A stretch of 64,000 nt of DNA from an uncultured virus (IMG/VR IMGVR_UViG_3300044634_001040) (lineage: Duplodnaviria > Heunggongvirae > Uroviricota > Caudoviricetes): IMG/VR virus record IMGVR_UViG_3300044634_001040; one strand, given 5' to 3'. Below, one piece after another: positions 17,142 through 28,200 of the stretch. Made by a program: the position numbers and the translations under genes. The notes under the pieces are model-generated. The model was not told where the DNA came from. It worked only from the letters and a program-made list of their open reading frames with translations, and did no database searches. Each line of letters opens with the position of its first letter. Position 1 is the stretch's first letter.

Positions 17142-18926
17142 ATGGCTACGAAACCAATTAACGAACTAGATTTCGCAGCATTAAAAGATCAGTTCATTAC
17201 ATTCCTTAAGGGCCAGACTCAGTTTAAGGATTACAATTTTGCTGGTTCAAATATGAACGTTCTTTTGGATGTTCTATCATACAACACGTATATGAATAAC
17301 TTTTATACGAACATGGCAATTGGCGAGATGTTTCTTGACTCTGCGGTTCTTAAGAACTCGGTCGTATCGCACGCAAAGGAATTAAACTATCTTCCAAGAT
17401 CTAGAACTTCTGCGAAGGCTATAGTTAACCTGTCCATCTCTGCACCGACAGAGACTTCACAGACGATTACTATACCTCGTTTCACCGAATTCACATCTAC
17501 TTACCAAGGATCTACTTTTACATTCATAACGAATGAAGTGTATGCTGCGCGTAGAACATCAGGAAGCACGTTCGTTGCGGCCAACGTAGAAATATTTGAA
17601 GGAGAGATACTTACGAACTTTGAGAAAGACGGCTTCTTCCTGGATGACCAGAATTTCTTGAGATGTAATCTTACGAACGATAACATAGACACTAGTACAA
17701 TCGAAGTGTATGTAGATGAAGTCGCTACTGAAAATCAAAATCAATTCCTATACACGCCAGATATCTTCGGTGTCACACCAACGAGTAAGGTGTTTTATTT
17801 AGATCCATACTTTGATGATAGATACTCGATCTACTTCGGAAGAAACATCTACGGTGAGCAACCAGGCGTAGACATTGATGTTAAGGTACAGTATAGAATT
17901 TGTAGCGGTTCAGAACCAAACGGCGCAGCTCGCTTTGGTACTAGTTTTATTCCAAACGCAACGGTCACGACAGTAGAAGCTGCGAGTGGTGGAGCTGAGC
18001 GTGAGACGATTGATAGCATAAAGTACTTTGCTCCAAAGTCACTGCAGATCCAAGAAAGAGCTATAACCGCAAGAGACTACGAAGTTCTTCTTCGTCAAAG
18101 ATTTCCAGACATTCAGTCAGTGTCAGTCTATGGTGGAGACGAGTTGGATCCTCCGCAGTATGGAAGAGTCGCGATATCGGTAAATCTACAGGGAGAAAGA
18201 ATTCTTTCAAACACGAATAAGAATTCCTATGTTGCTTTTCTTTCAGACAAGAGTCCTCTTTCTATAGAACCGATATTCGTTGATCCAGAATTCCTATACA
18301 TAGAAGCTATCGTGGACATATCATTTTCTCGTAAGCTTACGACCAAGTCAACAGCTCAGCTCGAAACTCTTATAAGATCGGCCATACTTAACTTTAATCA
18401 AACGAACCTAGATGATTTCGGTGAAATTCTTAGATCATCGAGACTATCTTCAATCATAGATGACTTGGACGATGGAATTCTGAGTAACTCGCTCTGCGTG
18501 AACCCTATTATTGAATATAAGCCGGTTCTAAACCTTGCGCTCAATCCTAAGTTTAAGTTTGAAAGTCAACTCGTAAAACCTTATCCTTACAAATCAGTAA
18601 ATGGTTTCGCTGACTTTAAACCAGCCATCGTAAGTACACCATTTACTTATCGCGGAATTCTATCAAAGATACAGGATGATGGCGCTGGAAATATGCAAAT
18701 TATCAGTGCTGGCGCAGTTAATACTGAAATACTTAAACCAAATGCTGGCACCGTGGATTACACAACAGGCGAAGTAAGGCTCATAAACTTTATAGTAGAG
18801 TCTTTCACAGGAAATGGTATTAAGATCTATGCGGCAACAACATCTGTTGATATAACAGCGCCAAAAAGCAGAATTCTTACAGTTCGCGACGAAGATGTAT
18901 TAGTCAACTTCATAGAGACAAACTGA
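17142..18926 (+). CDS. gp6: Baseplate wedge subunit gp6
   Basis: ELDF, FKDYNF.GSN..VLLDVLSYNT, FLDSA...SVVSHAK.LNY.PRS, RAITARDYE, GTVDYTTG. Confidence 0.93.
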   Translation: MATKPINELDFAALKDQFITFLKGQTQFKDYNFAGSNMNVLLDVLSYNTYMNNFYTNMAIGEMFLDSAVLKNSVVSHAKELNYLPRSRTSAKAIVNLSISAPTETSQTITIPRFTEFTSTYQGSTFTFITNEVYAARRTSGSTFVAANVEIFEGEILTNFEKDGFFLDDQNFLRCNLTNDNIDTSTIEVYVDEVATENQNQFLYTPDIFGVTPTSKVFYLDPYFDDRYSIYFGRNIYGEQPGVDIDVKVQYRICSGSEPNGAARFGTSFIPNATVTTVEAASGGAERETIDSIKYFAPKSLQIQERAITARDYEVLLRQRFPDIQSVSVYGGDELDPPQYGRVAISVNLQGERILSNTNKNSYVAFLSDKSPLSIEPIFVDPEFLYIEAIVDISFSRKLTTKSTAQLETLIRSAILNFNQTNLDDFGEILRSSRLSSIIDDLDDGILSNSLCVNPIIEYKPVLNLALNPKFKFESQLVKPYPYKSVNGFADFKPAIVSTPFTYRGILSKIQDDGAGNMQIISAGAVNTEILKPNAGTVDYTTGEVRLINFIVESFTGNGIKIYAATTSVDITAPKSRILTVRDEDVLVNFIETN

Positions 18927-21058
18927 TGCCAGTAGAAAAGCTAATATCGTTTCATATAGAACGACAGTTCCCGGCCATCTATCGTGAAGATGGTCAAGAA
19001 CTTATTCAATTGGTAAAAGAATACTATAAGTTTTTAGAAACAAACACCGAACAGAGTTTATATAACGGAAGAAGACTCTTTGAGTATAAAGATATAGATA
19101 CTACTCTTGAAAGTATGCTGATATTCTTTAAGAAAAAGTATCTCGCAGATCTTCCGTTCGATGGTGACACCGTAAGAATTGTTGTAAAGAACATATTAGG
19201 TCTGTATCGTAGAAAAGGAACTCAAGGCGGGCTCGAGCTCTTCTTCAATATTTTTTATAACGAAAGCATCAAAGTATACTACCCAGCCAAAGATATGTTT
19301 AGACCTTCCGATTCTGAGTGGAAGAAAGGCACCTATCTTCAGATGATGCCTAACAATGGGCTATTCACTTCAACAAAAACAACTCAGACATATACATATA
19401 AAGACCTAATCGGTAAACAAATCATTGGTGCATCTTCAAGAGTAAAGGCTACAGTTGATAAGATAAACTTCGTCATCGTCGGTAATACTATTACTCCAAT
19501 ACTTTTCATTAATGATGAGACTGGAAGTTTTATTGGTAAAGAAAACATAATAAGTGAATTCAGTGGTATACCTATAAGCTTTGGTGTTATCAATGGATCT
19601 CTAACATCAATAGCAGTGGATGATAATTTTGGTGGATCGATAGGAAACGAAATAGGTGACATAGTAACATTTAGAACCGACAATGGGTTTGGCGCAAAAG
19701 GGCTCGTCACCGCAGTTACTGAGAATTTTTCGGGTTTCGTTAGATACGATATTGAGGACGGGGGCTGGGGTTACTCTGTAGATACAACAAAGCTTCTTGT
19801 TTCTAACCAAACGATATTCCTTGATAACGAGGGCGGAAAGTTTCAACTGCTAGAAGCTTTAGAAGATGATTCTGGAAATAGAGGCATCGTGATCGGGCAG
19901 AGTAATACTGCAATTGGTTTAAAGATGGATGTTGGAGATGAATTTACGAACACGTCTATCATTACGACAATGGATAGAGACATAAATGTTAATATTACAA
20001 CACTATCGCCATTGACTCCAATACGAATTTTGGAGAAGAATGATAGCTCACCAGGTCCTCTCTATCCAGAAACGTTAGATACTGACGACGTTATTCTCGC
20101 AGAGATTGATAACGAGGAGAGCGTGTCTCTTATCTTTGATCTAATTGGTGATTACGCAAACGTTGCTCTTAATGCTGCAAACTACAACGACCCGCCGGCA
20201 GAACAGCCTATGAGTGGTTTTCCTGACACCGATCCAATTACAATCAGTACACCTCTTAACGAGGCGTTCGATTTAACGCCTATCGATATAGGAAGAATTG
20301 TTAGGTTTGATAATATAAACCCAGGTACTGATTATGAAAACGATGTATTTGCTATAGCATATGATACACGAATATCACTTTTCAAAAAGAGAAATCAGCT
20401 AGTTACTCTTTCTAATATGCCAGCAACGATAAGTGTTGGAAGTTTGGTAACACAGGAAAGTACGAATGGAAAAGTAGTCTCTATAAATAATAATACTCTT
20501 ACGATTACGCCATACACTTACGCCGGATTTAATAATACATCAGGTCTTATATTCAAAGGTGTTAACTATGGCATTGTTGGTGTGTCGACAGACTTTAATT
20601 CGCCAATTGCCGGATTTAATGCTACTATAAATGCAGTAACATCTTTCGGAGTAGGAAAGATAACCAACGTATCTGTAATCGATTCTGGTTACGGTTATAC
20701 TCATAATACGATTGCCGATATCATAGACGCGGATGGAGAATTGGCATCAAAAGGAACGATCTCAGCTTTAGGCCCAGGATCTACAGAAGGATATTGGGCT
20801 TCATTGGACTCGCATATAAACGGATATGTTTTAGACGGTGCGAGTCTAACATACTATGACTCCGGTAAGAGAGTTCAGGATAGTAATTACTATCAAGAAT
20901 TTTCATATGAGATTCTTTCTACAGTAAATCTTCCGGAATACGAAGAGTCTTTAAGAGAAATCGTGCACGTTGCTGGAACAAAAGTCTTTGGTAGATTTAA
21001 CCTAGAAGACGTTATGTCAACACCGATATCTTCTAGAATTATTATTGACGCGGAATAA
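18926..21058 (+). CDS. gp7: Baseplate wedge subunit gp7-like
   Basis: QFP..YRE, YYKFLE, LYRRKGT, QDSNYYQEFSYEI, HVAGTKVFG. Confidence 0.82.
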   Translation: MPVEKLISFHIERQFPAIYREDGQELIQLVKEYYKFLETNTEQSLYNGRRLFEYKDIDTTLESMLIFFKKKYLADLPFDGDTVRIVVKNILGLYRRKGTQGGLELFFNIFYNESIKVYYPAKDMFRPSDSEWKKGTYLQMMPNNGLFTSTKTTQTYTYKDLIGKQIIGASSRVKATVDKINFVIVGNTITPILFINDETGSFIGKENIISEFSGIPISFGVINGSLTSIAVDDNFGGSIGNEIGDIVTFRTDNGFGAKGLVTAVTENFSGFVRYDIEDGGWGYSVDTTKLLVSNQTIFLDNEGGKFQLLEALEDDSGNRGIVIGQSNTAIGLKMDVGDEFTNTSIITTMDRDINVNITTLSPLTPIRILEKNDSSPGPLYPETLDTDDVILAEIDNEESVSLIFDLIGDYANVALNAANYNDPPAEQPMSGFPDTDPITISTPLNEAFDLTPIDIGRIVRFDNINPGTDYENDVFAIAYDTRISLFKKRNQLVTLSNMPATISVGSLVTQESTNGKVVSINNNTLTITPYTYAGFNNTSGLIFKGVNYGIVGVSTDFNSPIAGFNATINAVTSFGVGKITNVSVIDSGYGYTHNTIADIIDADGELASKGTISALGPGSTEGYWASLDSHINGYVLDGASLTYYDSGKRVQDSNYYQEFSYEILSTVNLPEYEESLREIVHVAGTKVFGRFNLEDVMSTPISSRIIIDAE

Positions 21059-21082
21059 ATAGAGCAAAATAGGTTTAGGAAA

Positions 21083-22735
21083 ATGTCTGTCATCACAAGT
21101 AAATATAGATCTGATACTGCACGACGCTTCGTTGATGATGTAACATTCAACGATTACTATATGTTTGTGTCAAGCACAGCAAACACAACCGTGATTAATT
21201 CAGAAAAATCAAAAACGGAATTTCTTGAAAAAACTATCTTTGGAAAGAAGATAGGTGCACAAGAAGTTTTCTATATGATTAAGAATTATCCTTGGGAAAT
21301 AGATGCAGTATACGACCAGTACGACGATAATTTAGATATGTCAAACAAGAAGTTCTACACAGTTGTCTATCCAGTGAATAACGAGGTTGGTGACTATAGA
21401 GTCTATAAGTGTCTATTCAATAACGGCGGAGCAAAATCTTTAACACCGCCTAATTACAGTGTATCTCAACAGGATCAGATTTATGCTTTGGCAGATGGGT
21501 ATGTTTGGAAGTATCTGTTTAATATTAGTGAGTTAGAATTTGATGATTACAATACTCGCGGATACATACCTATTATGTCGACTGAGAGTGGTAACACGGC
21601 AGTTCAAACAAGTTCTATAAGTCAGATTGTCATAACAAATTCAACAAATAGAGGATATGAAAAGTCTGAAGGATTTGTTTTTCAAACAGCAACTGGAACT
21701 GGCGAGATAGTTATAACGGCAAGTAGTGGAACTCTTAATGCGATTGAAAACTATTACTCAGGATATACATTCTACGTAACAAGCGTATTTGGTAATGACT
21801 CGAGGTCTTACGTAGTAGATACTTATACTTACGATCCTGCTTCAAAAAGAGCAGTCATTACGTTAACCGAAGCACCGGATTATACCGTTCTTACTGACTC
21901 CGCTTCTTACAAACTATTACCTCGCATTGAAATAAAGGGCGATGGAACTGGAGCAGTTGGGCTAGCCGATGTGTCGGCAAATGGTTCTATAATAGGTGTC
22001 ACAATGCTGTCCAAAGGTTCTGGTTATAAGAATGCAACCGCGTTTGTTCCAGACCCGTTTTCTTTCGACCCAAATTCGCTAAACTCTCTTAATGAAAGAG
22101 CTATACTAAGACCAATTCTTTCTTCGGCTGGTGATCATGCTTCGAACTTAATCGATGAACTTATGTGCAGGCACATTCTTGCGTACACGACTCTTACGGA
22201 GACAGACAACTTTACAGTTCCAGCTACAAACGACTTCACGAGCATTGGTATTGTTAAGAACCCTGAGTTTAAAAATGCAGGAAACAATGACATATTTGAT
22301 AACCGTATAGAACTAGCTCTTGACAGTCACTCTCTTTCTGTAAATGAAATAGTTACACAGATAGAAACGGATGTTAATAGTTCATTCTATAACGAGGTAA
22401 TATTTAGCGGTAAAGTTCATCAAGTTTCAAATAACTTTGTGTATATATGTGAGTACATGGGGCCGTATCCAAATTCCTCTTCATTTGCAAACACTGATTT
22501 TAGCGACATCTCGCTTAACATAAATCTGCCGATAAGATCTGCAGACAATCAAATACTTAATATAAATACAGATAACGATCCAGAGTATCCACTAGAATAT
22601 GACATAGATTACCCAGGGTTTTCAATATCACCATATGTTCAGAGAACTGGAGAAGTTTACTATATGAATAGCTTCTTTCCAATTACGAGAACTGAAGAGT
22701 CAAGGGAACGATTTAAGATACTTCTTGAATTTTAA
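21083..22735 (+). CDS. gp8: Baseplate wedge subunit gp8-like
   Basis: W....YDQYDD, YRVYKCLFNN, DGYVWKYLF, GIVKNP, ITR.....E.FKILLEF. Confidence 0.85.
   Translation: MSVITSKYRSDTARRFVDDVTFNDYYMFVSSTANTTVINSEKSKTEFLEKTIFGKKIGAQEVFYMIKNYPWEIDAVYDQYDDNLDMSNKKFYTVVYPVNNEVGDYRVYKCLFNNGGAKSLTPPNYSVSQQDQIYALADGYVWKYLFNISELEFDDYNTRGYIPIMSTESGNTAVQTSSISQIVITNSTNRGYEKSEGFVFQTATGTGEIVITASSGTLNAIENYYSGYTFYVTSVFGNDSRSYVVDTYTYDPASKRAVITLTEAPDYTVLTDSASYKLLPRIEIKGDGTGAVGLADVSANGSIIGVTMLSKGSGYKNATAFVPDPFSFDPNSLNSLNERAILRPILSSAGDHASNLIDELMCRHILAYTTLTETDNFTVPATNDFTSIGIVKNPEFKNAGNNDIFDNRIELALDSHSLSVNEIVTQIETDVNSSFYNEVIFSGKVHQVSNNFVYICEYMGPYPNSSSFANTDFSDISLNINLPIRSADNQILNINTDNDPEYPLEYDIDYPGFSISPYVQRTGEVYYMNSFFPITRTEESRERFKILLEF
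22561..22568 (+). promoter_or_regulatory. Candidate late promoter inside the gp8 3' end
   Basis: TATAAATA about 180 bp upstream of the next large structural gene. Confidence 0.45.
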
Positions 22736-22745
22736 GGAAAAATAA

Positions 22746-25700
22746 ATGCCAATTAATAAAGACCTGAATGTTGCGCCGTACTTTGATGATTTTGATATAA
22801 CGAATCAGTTCCATCGCGTGCTTTTTAAACCGTCTTACGCGGTTCAAGCTAGAGAATTGACTCAGATGCAAACGATTCTTCAGAATCAGATCGAGCAGTT
22901 TGGTGATAATATATTTAAAGAAGGATCTATCATAAAGGGATGCAACTTTACAGAGTTATCAGACTTAAACTACGTTAAGCTTACGGATGTTACTGGATTT
23001 GACCCAACTCAATATGTTGGATTTACAGATACGGTCACTATAAGCGGTGTTGATTACGTAAGAGATAACACATACGAACTCGAAGGAGTTGTGACAGGAG
23101 TCCGAGCGACCGTCTTAGCTGCGACGCGTGGTTTTGAAACAAGAAACCCAGATCTTAACACGTTCTTTATTAACTACAAAACAACATCTTCTGGAAATAA
23201 AGTCTTTCAGGCTGGCGAAAGACTTAGAATATACAAAGTAAGTGTGTACGAACAAGGAACGAGCATCAATAGAGACGAAACAGAAGTTCTGACTGATAAG
23301 ACTATCAACGTTACTACGTTCGCTGGGGCAGTTGGCAACTCTTTCGGACTTAAATCTGCGCCAGGTATCATATTCCAAAAGGGTCACTTCCTATACGCTG
23401 AAGAGCAGCTTGTAATTGTTTCAAAGTATACGAATGTACCGAACAGTGTGTCGATAGGTTACACAGTTCAGGAAAGAGTAATTAATGCGTTCCAAGACTC
23501 GTCTCTATATGACAATGCAAACGGATCTTTTAACCAAAATGCTCCTGGCGCAGATAGACTAAAACTTATTCCAATACTTACAGCTCTTCCAACTTCTGAA
23601 GCTGATGCTGACACTACATTCTTTACTCTTACACGCTATGTAAACGGTAATGCAGTTCTTCTTAGAGACGTATCACAGTATAACATTTTAGGCGAAGAGA
23701 TGGCTCGTCGCACGTATGAAGAATCTGGTGACTACATTGTCAATGACTTTCAAACTACAGTCGTAAGAAGAGATGGTAATCTAAAAGCTTCTATCGGAAG
23801 TGGAGTCGCGTATGTTAAGGGTCATAGAGTAGAAAATCTTAGAGAGATTTTCCTCGATATAGATGACATATCGGAAGCTTCGGTTGATGATAGAGCAAAT
23901 CAGGGCGTATCTTTTAACTATGGCGGGTACCTTGACATACTCGATACTAGCGTAGGAGGCGTAGTCCCATTAGGAACATTTGCAACCGTTTCTCTCAGAG
24001 ACGGTGGAAACTCTGTCCTAGGAACTGCGAGAGTTCGTAACATCACTGATACCAAAATCTTCCTGTTTGATGTTAGATTGTCGGGTGCTAATCAGATATC
24101 GCAAGTGGAAAGAGTTGTTGGAACTTCCGGGTACATACCAGTTGCAAACAATTCTGTTATAAAAGAAACAAGTTCTTCATCAATGGTATTTGACACGGGA
24201 ATGCTGAGTCTTAAATCTACTAGCAACCTGTCAATTCCAGTAAGAGCAAGAAAAACTATTACTGGAACTGCTACTACTTTTAACATCACGCCTGACGCTG
24301 GCGAAGATTTTAATCTAGAGAATGATGATATACTCTTTGTAGATAACACAAGTACTAGAAGAGATGTGACTAGTGCTGTTCTATCTGGTGCTGACCTCCA
24401 AGTCACCCTTGGTTCTACACCATCGACTCCTTCTACGATCTATTACAATAAGAGAATTACTAGTGCAAGCCCGTTTACGAAAGTTAGCGCTGAACTATAT
24501 GTTAAGTGCACCTTCGCAAATAACGACATCGTATCATCCACAACTAGATATAATCTAGGTTTTCCAGATGTGTATGAGATCGTCTCTATTACAGACTCAG
24601 AAAGCAAAACTGTTACTTCTAGCTTTAAGCTTAAAACCAACCAAAGAGATAACTTCTACGATCATTCTTATATAGAATATATTCCTGGAAGACCAGTACC
24701 CGCGGCCGGTTTAATGACAGTTCGTTTTAAAGCATTTAAACTAAACGACACAACAGGAAGCTACTTCTTTACTGTAGATAGTTACCCTGGTGCTGTCGCC
24801 AAGAATAAGATACAGCCGTTCGTTTCATCTTCAGGAAAGGTCTATAATCTCAGAGACTGTCTTGACTTTAGACCATACGTACAACCGCTATCGCCGGCCA
24901 CATATATAAATGCGGCTGTTCTTGGTACAGCGCCAACTGTAAGCAATGGATCAACAGGTGTTAACGTTGCGCCGAGCTTCTCCGGTTCATATACGATACT
25001 TACACCATCTCACGATCAGTTTGGAGAGATAGACTACGAGTTCTACCTAAACAGAACCGATGCGGTAATTCTTGACTCTTATGGCAGAATATCATTGTTA
25101 AGAGGAACGGAAGTAGAGAATTCTATTCCGCCAATCATATCTGGCGATCAGGTTAAGATCGCGGAAATATTCGTACCAGGAGCGCCAGCACTTACACCAG
25201 AAGAAGCTGACGAACAGGATAGACCTCAGTATGCTGTGCAGATCGTTCCTAAAGGTACAAAATCTTATCGTATGAAAGATATCGAAAACTTAGAAAAGAA
25301 GATCGACAGCTTAGAGTATTATGTTCTGCTGAACACCCTAGAAGCCGATACAAAAAATCTAAACATTGTTGATGAAAACGGTCTAGATCGTTTTAAGAAC
25401 GGCATCATAGTTGATCCCTTTAACGATCTTAGTATAGCCAACCTAGAGAATGTGGAATTTAATGCTGCGCTGGACTTTACAGAACAATCGCTTATGCCAT
25501 CTGTAAAAACATTCCCGTTAAACCTTAAGTATAAGTCTGCATCTTCTGCGACGCTGTTCCCAACCACGTCAAATGCAAAGGTCGGAACACTTCAGAGAAA
25601 CACCGACGTATCCATCATATCGCAACCCTACGCCACAGAATTTAGAAACTGCGTAAGTAACTTCTATTCATATCGTGGCATTGGCGAAATAGAACCGGAA

Positions 25701-28025
25701 TACGACGCAGTCTATGATACTGTCACTAACCCAGTTAATATAGGTTTGAATAGAAGACGCTTAACTGTGTCGACTGCCGCTACACAAGAGCTTAATCCGT
25801 TAACGTCAACCGCTATTCAAGCCAACACAAATAACACGAACCAACGCCGCGTTGGCGATTTTGTTACGAACTTTACATTTAATCCATTCATGAGAGGCCG
25901 TGACATTAATATATACATGTCTGGTCTTCGCCCTAACACTCGCCACTATTTCTTCTTTGATGAAGAAGATGTGAACCAATTTGTGTTCCCAGGAAGCAAT
26001 GTTAACTCCCCGAGTGAAATAAGAAGACGCGGTGTTGCTAACGCGGCGGTCGAAACAGATGCGAACGGCGTCTTGAGGGCGGTGTTTAGTCTACCATCAT
26101 CAAGGTTCTATGTTGGAGACAGAAAACTAGAAGTAGTTGACGTTGACACGCACGCTGCGATTGATAGCGCCAGCACATCGTATGGTTTTGTAACCTATAG
26201 AGCATATAACTTCTCTGTAGAAAAAGCATCTTTAACAGTCTCAACTCGCCGTGCAGCTTCTACTGCAACAACAACCACGGATAGAAATGTTACAAGAAGA
26301 CCAACTGAAGGTGATCGCGGGCGAGACCCGTCGCCAGATCCAATTGCTCAGACCTTCTTCATAAAATCTGGCATGGGTCTTGGATCTGACACTGTATTTG
26401 TCTCTAAAATAGATCTGTTCTTCAAGAGAAGAAGTAATATAAACGGCGTAAATGTTGAATTAAGAGAAGTTATAAATGGTTATCCTTCATATGACGTGAT
26501 ACCGTTCTCTAAAGTACACCTAACTCCATCAGAAGTACTTACTTCAGATGATGCTTCTGTCGAAACAACGGTAACTTTTAATGCCCCAGTTCGTCTTGAT
26601 GTTGAAAAAGAATATGCAGTAGTCGTAATACCAGATGCAGCCGATCCTGACTATCTAATCTTTACATCAAAGGTTGGTGGAGTTGATCTAACACCAGGCG
26701 CGAATCAAGGACTTCCAATCGTCCAAGACTGGGGTGATGGTGTTCTATTCACATCTACAAACAATCGCGCGTGGAAGTCATATCAAGACGAGGACATTAA
26801 GTTTGTACTGTATCGCCATAACTTCAATGCAAGTGCTGGCACTATCACACTTACAAATGATGACCACGAGTTTATCTCAACAGAGAACAACATCGGAACA
26901 TTTAAAGTTGGAGAGACCGTATACAAGCTTGAGTCTAAAGACGGGACTACTGGAGCTAACTTAAGCACCGTTTCCGGAAATAATCAGATCAGCGGAACGA
27001 ATCTTTCAGCCACATATTCTGCCGGCGACTTTGTTCTGATAAGCAACGGTACTACAAACAGACAGATCTTTAAAGTTGTTAGCGCAAACTCTACAGTGAT
27101 AGTTGCGGATAGACCATCATATTTCACGGATAGTACAAGTGGTTTACCGATTACAATGGGTATACTTCGTCACTATGACTTTAGATATCCGGATTTTATC
27201 ATTCTCGAAGAATCTTCTGCAACTTCTACACGAAAGTTTGCTGCCGGTAACACAGTGTACGGATTTGATAGCGCTGCAGCTGCGACGATAACCACGGTTG
27301 ATAACGTTGAGTTCAGCTACATTCAGCCAATGATTCATAGAACGAACGATAGCGTAACCGCAACGACTCTATCTGGAACACTCGTCGATCCAGCCAACCC
27401 GTCAAACACATATAGCTTGCCGATGCAATTCAATGACAAGGCGTTGTTTAGTAAGACCGGCATGGTTGTGTATAGTAAGTCTAATGACATCGCAAGAGAA
27501 AAGACTCTAGACCTTACGGTGTCTATGTCTAACAACTCGAATGTCACTTCGTCTCCTTTCATTGACATCGAGACTGCGTCCATTCTTGCTTATCAGTGGA
27601 AGATCACCAACGATTCGACAACTACTTCTAAGTACATATCTAAAACCGTAGAATTGGCTGAAAACCTAGATGCAGAAGATTTCCGTATCTATGTAACAGG
27701 ATACAGACCACGTGGTACAGATATCGCAGTATACATCAAAGTGCAATCAGCAGATGACCCAACTGTGTTCGAAACGAACGATTGGATAGAGTTAGAACTT
27801 ACTGGTGGAGTTAATCTATATTCATCTGTAAGCAATGTTAATGACTTTAAAGAGTATGTGTATCAAGTATCTAACACCAATAAAAACTTAGGTGTGATTA
27901 CATATACGAATGGTATTGGAACCTTTGAAGGTTATCGCAGATTTGCAATAAAGATAGAGTTACTCTCCGAAGATATCTTTAAAGCGCCAAGACTTCTAGA
28001 CTACAGAGGAATATCACTAACATGA
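22746..28025 (+). CDS. Large VrlC-like / DUF4815 virion structural protein
   Basis: LNVAPYFDDF, VLFKP..AVQARELTQMQ, NAPGADRLK, ARRTYEESGDY, RFKNG..VDPF, DP.AQTF; 1759 aa. Confidence 0.85.
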   Translation: MPINKDLNVAPYFDDFDITNQFHRVLFKPSYAVQARELTQMQTILQNQIEQFGDNIFKEGSIIKGCNFTELSDLNYVKLTDVTGFDPTQYVGFTDTVTISGVDYVRDNTYELEGVVTGVRATVLAATRGFETRNPDLNTFFINYKTTSSGNKVFQAGERLRIYKVSVYEQGTSINRDETEVLTDKTINVTTFAGAVGNSFGLKSAPGIIFQKGHFLYAEEQLVIVSKYTNVPNSVSIGYTVQERVINAFQDSSLYDNANGSFNQNAPGADRLKLIPILTALPTSEADADTTFFTLTRYVNGNAVLLRDVSQYNILGEEMARRTYEESGDYIVNDFQTTVVRRDGNLKASIGSGVAYVKGHRVENLREIFLDIDDISEASVDDRANQGVSFNYGGYLDILDTSVGGVVPLGTFATVSLRDGGNSVLGTARVRNITDTKIFLFDVRLSGANQISQVERVVGTSGYIPVANNSVIKETSSSSMVFDTGMLSLKSTSNLSIPVRARKTITGTATTFNITPDAGEDFNLENDDILFVDNTSTRRDVTSAVLSGADLQVTLGSTPSTPSTIYYNKRITSASPFTKVSAELYVKCTFANNDIVSSTTRYNLGFPDVYEIVSITDSESKTVTSSFKLKTNQRDNFYDHSYIEYIPGRPVPAAGLMTVRFKAFKLNDTTGSYFFTVDSYPGAVAKNKIQPFVSSSGKVYNLRDCLDFRPYVQPLSPATYINAAVLGTAPTVSNGSTGVNVAPSFSGSYTILTPSHDQFGEIDYEFYLNRTDAVILDSYGRISLLRGTEVENSIPPIISGDQVKIAEIFVPGAPALTPEEADEQDRPQYAVQIVPKGTKSYRMKDIENLEKKIDSLEYYVLLNTLEADTKNLNIVDENGLDRFKNGIIVDPFNDLSIANLENVEFNAALDFTEQSLMPSVKTFPLNLKYKSASSATLFPTTSNAKVGTLQRNTDVSIISQPYATEFRNCVSNFYSYRGIGEIEPEYDAVYDTVTNPVNIGLNRRRLTVSTAATQELNPLTSTAIQANTNNTNQRRVGDFVTNFTFNPFMRGRDINIYMSGLRPNTRHYFFFDEEDVNQFVFPGSNVNSPSEIRRRGVANAAVETDANGVLRAVFSLPSSRFYVGDRKLEVVDVDTHAAIDSASTSYGFVTYRAYNFSVEKASLTVSTRRAASTATTTTDRNVTRRPTEGDRGRDPSPDPIAQTFFIKSGMGLGSDTVFVSKIDLFFKRRSNINGVNVELREVINGYPSYDVIPFSKVHLTPSEVLTSDDASVETTVTFNAPVRLDVEKEYAVVVIPDAADPDYLIFTSKVGGVDLTPGANQGLPIVQDWGDGVLFTSTNNRAWKSYQDEDIKFVLYRHNFNASAGTITLTNDDHEFISTENNIGTFKVGETVYKLESKDGTTGANLSTVSGNNQISGTNLSATYSAGDFVLISNGTTNRQIFKVVSANSTVIVADRPSYFTDSTSGLPITMGILRHYDFRYPDFIILEESSATSTRKFAAGNTVYGFDSAAAATITTVDNVEFSYIQPMIHRTNDSVTATTLSGTLVDPANPSNTYSLPMQFNDKALFSKTGMVVYSKSNDIAREKTLDLTVSMSNNSNVTSSPFIDIETASILAYQWKITNDSTTTSKYISKTVELAENLDAEDFRIYVTGYRPRGTDIAVYIKVQSADDPTVFETNDWIELELTGGVNLYSSVSNVNDFKEYVYQVSNTNKNLGVITYTNGIGTFEGYRRFAIKIELLSEDIFKAPRLLDYRGISLT

Positions 28026-28198
28026 TAAGAGACGAAAGATCGAGAGCACTTATCAACGATGACCTGGCTGCTCTAAATAAATACAAAGTAGACAGGGATC
28101 GAGTGAGAAAGATAGAACAAATCTATAAAGAGTTACCAGAGATAAGAAGAGTTCTTTCTTCCTTATGTGAAAGATTAGACAAGATAGAGAGCACATAA
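28022..28198 (+). CDS. Small coiled-coil protein (58 aa) following the VrlC-like gene
   Basis: Hand-translated MIRDERSRALINDDLAALNKYK...RLDKIEST. ATGA overlap; fills the gap exactly. Confidence 0.75.
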   Translation: MIRDERSRALINDDLAALNKYKVDRDRVRKIEQIYKELPEIRRVLSSLCERLDKIEST

Positions 28199-28200
28199 AC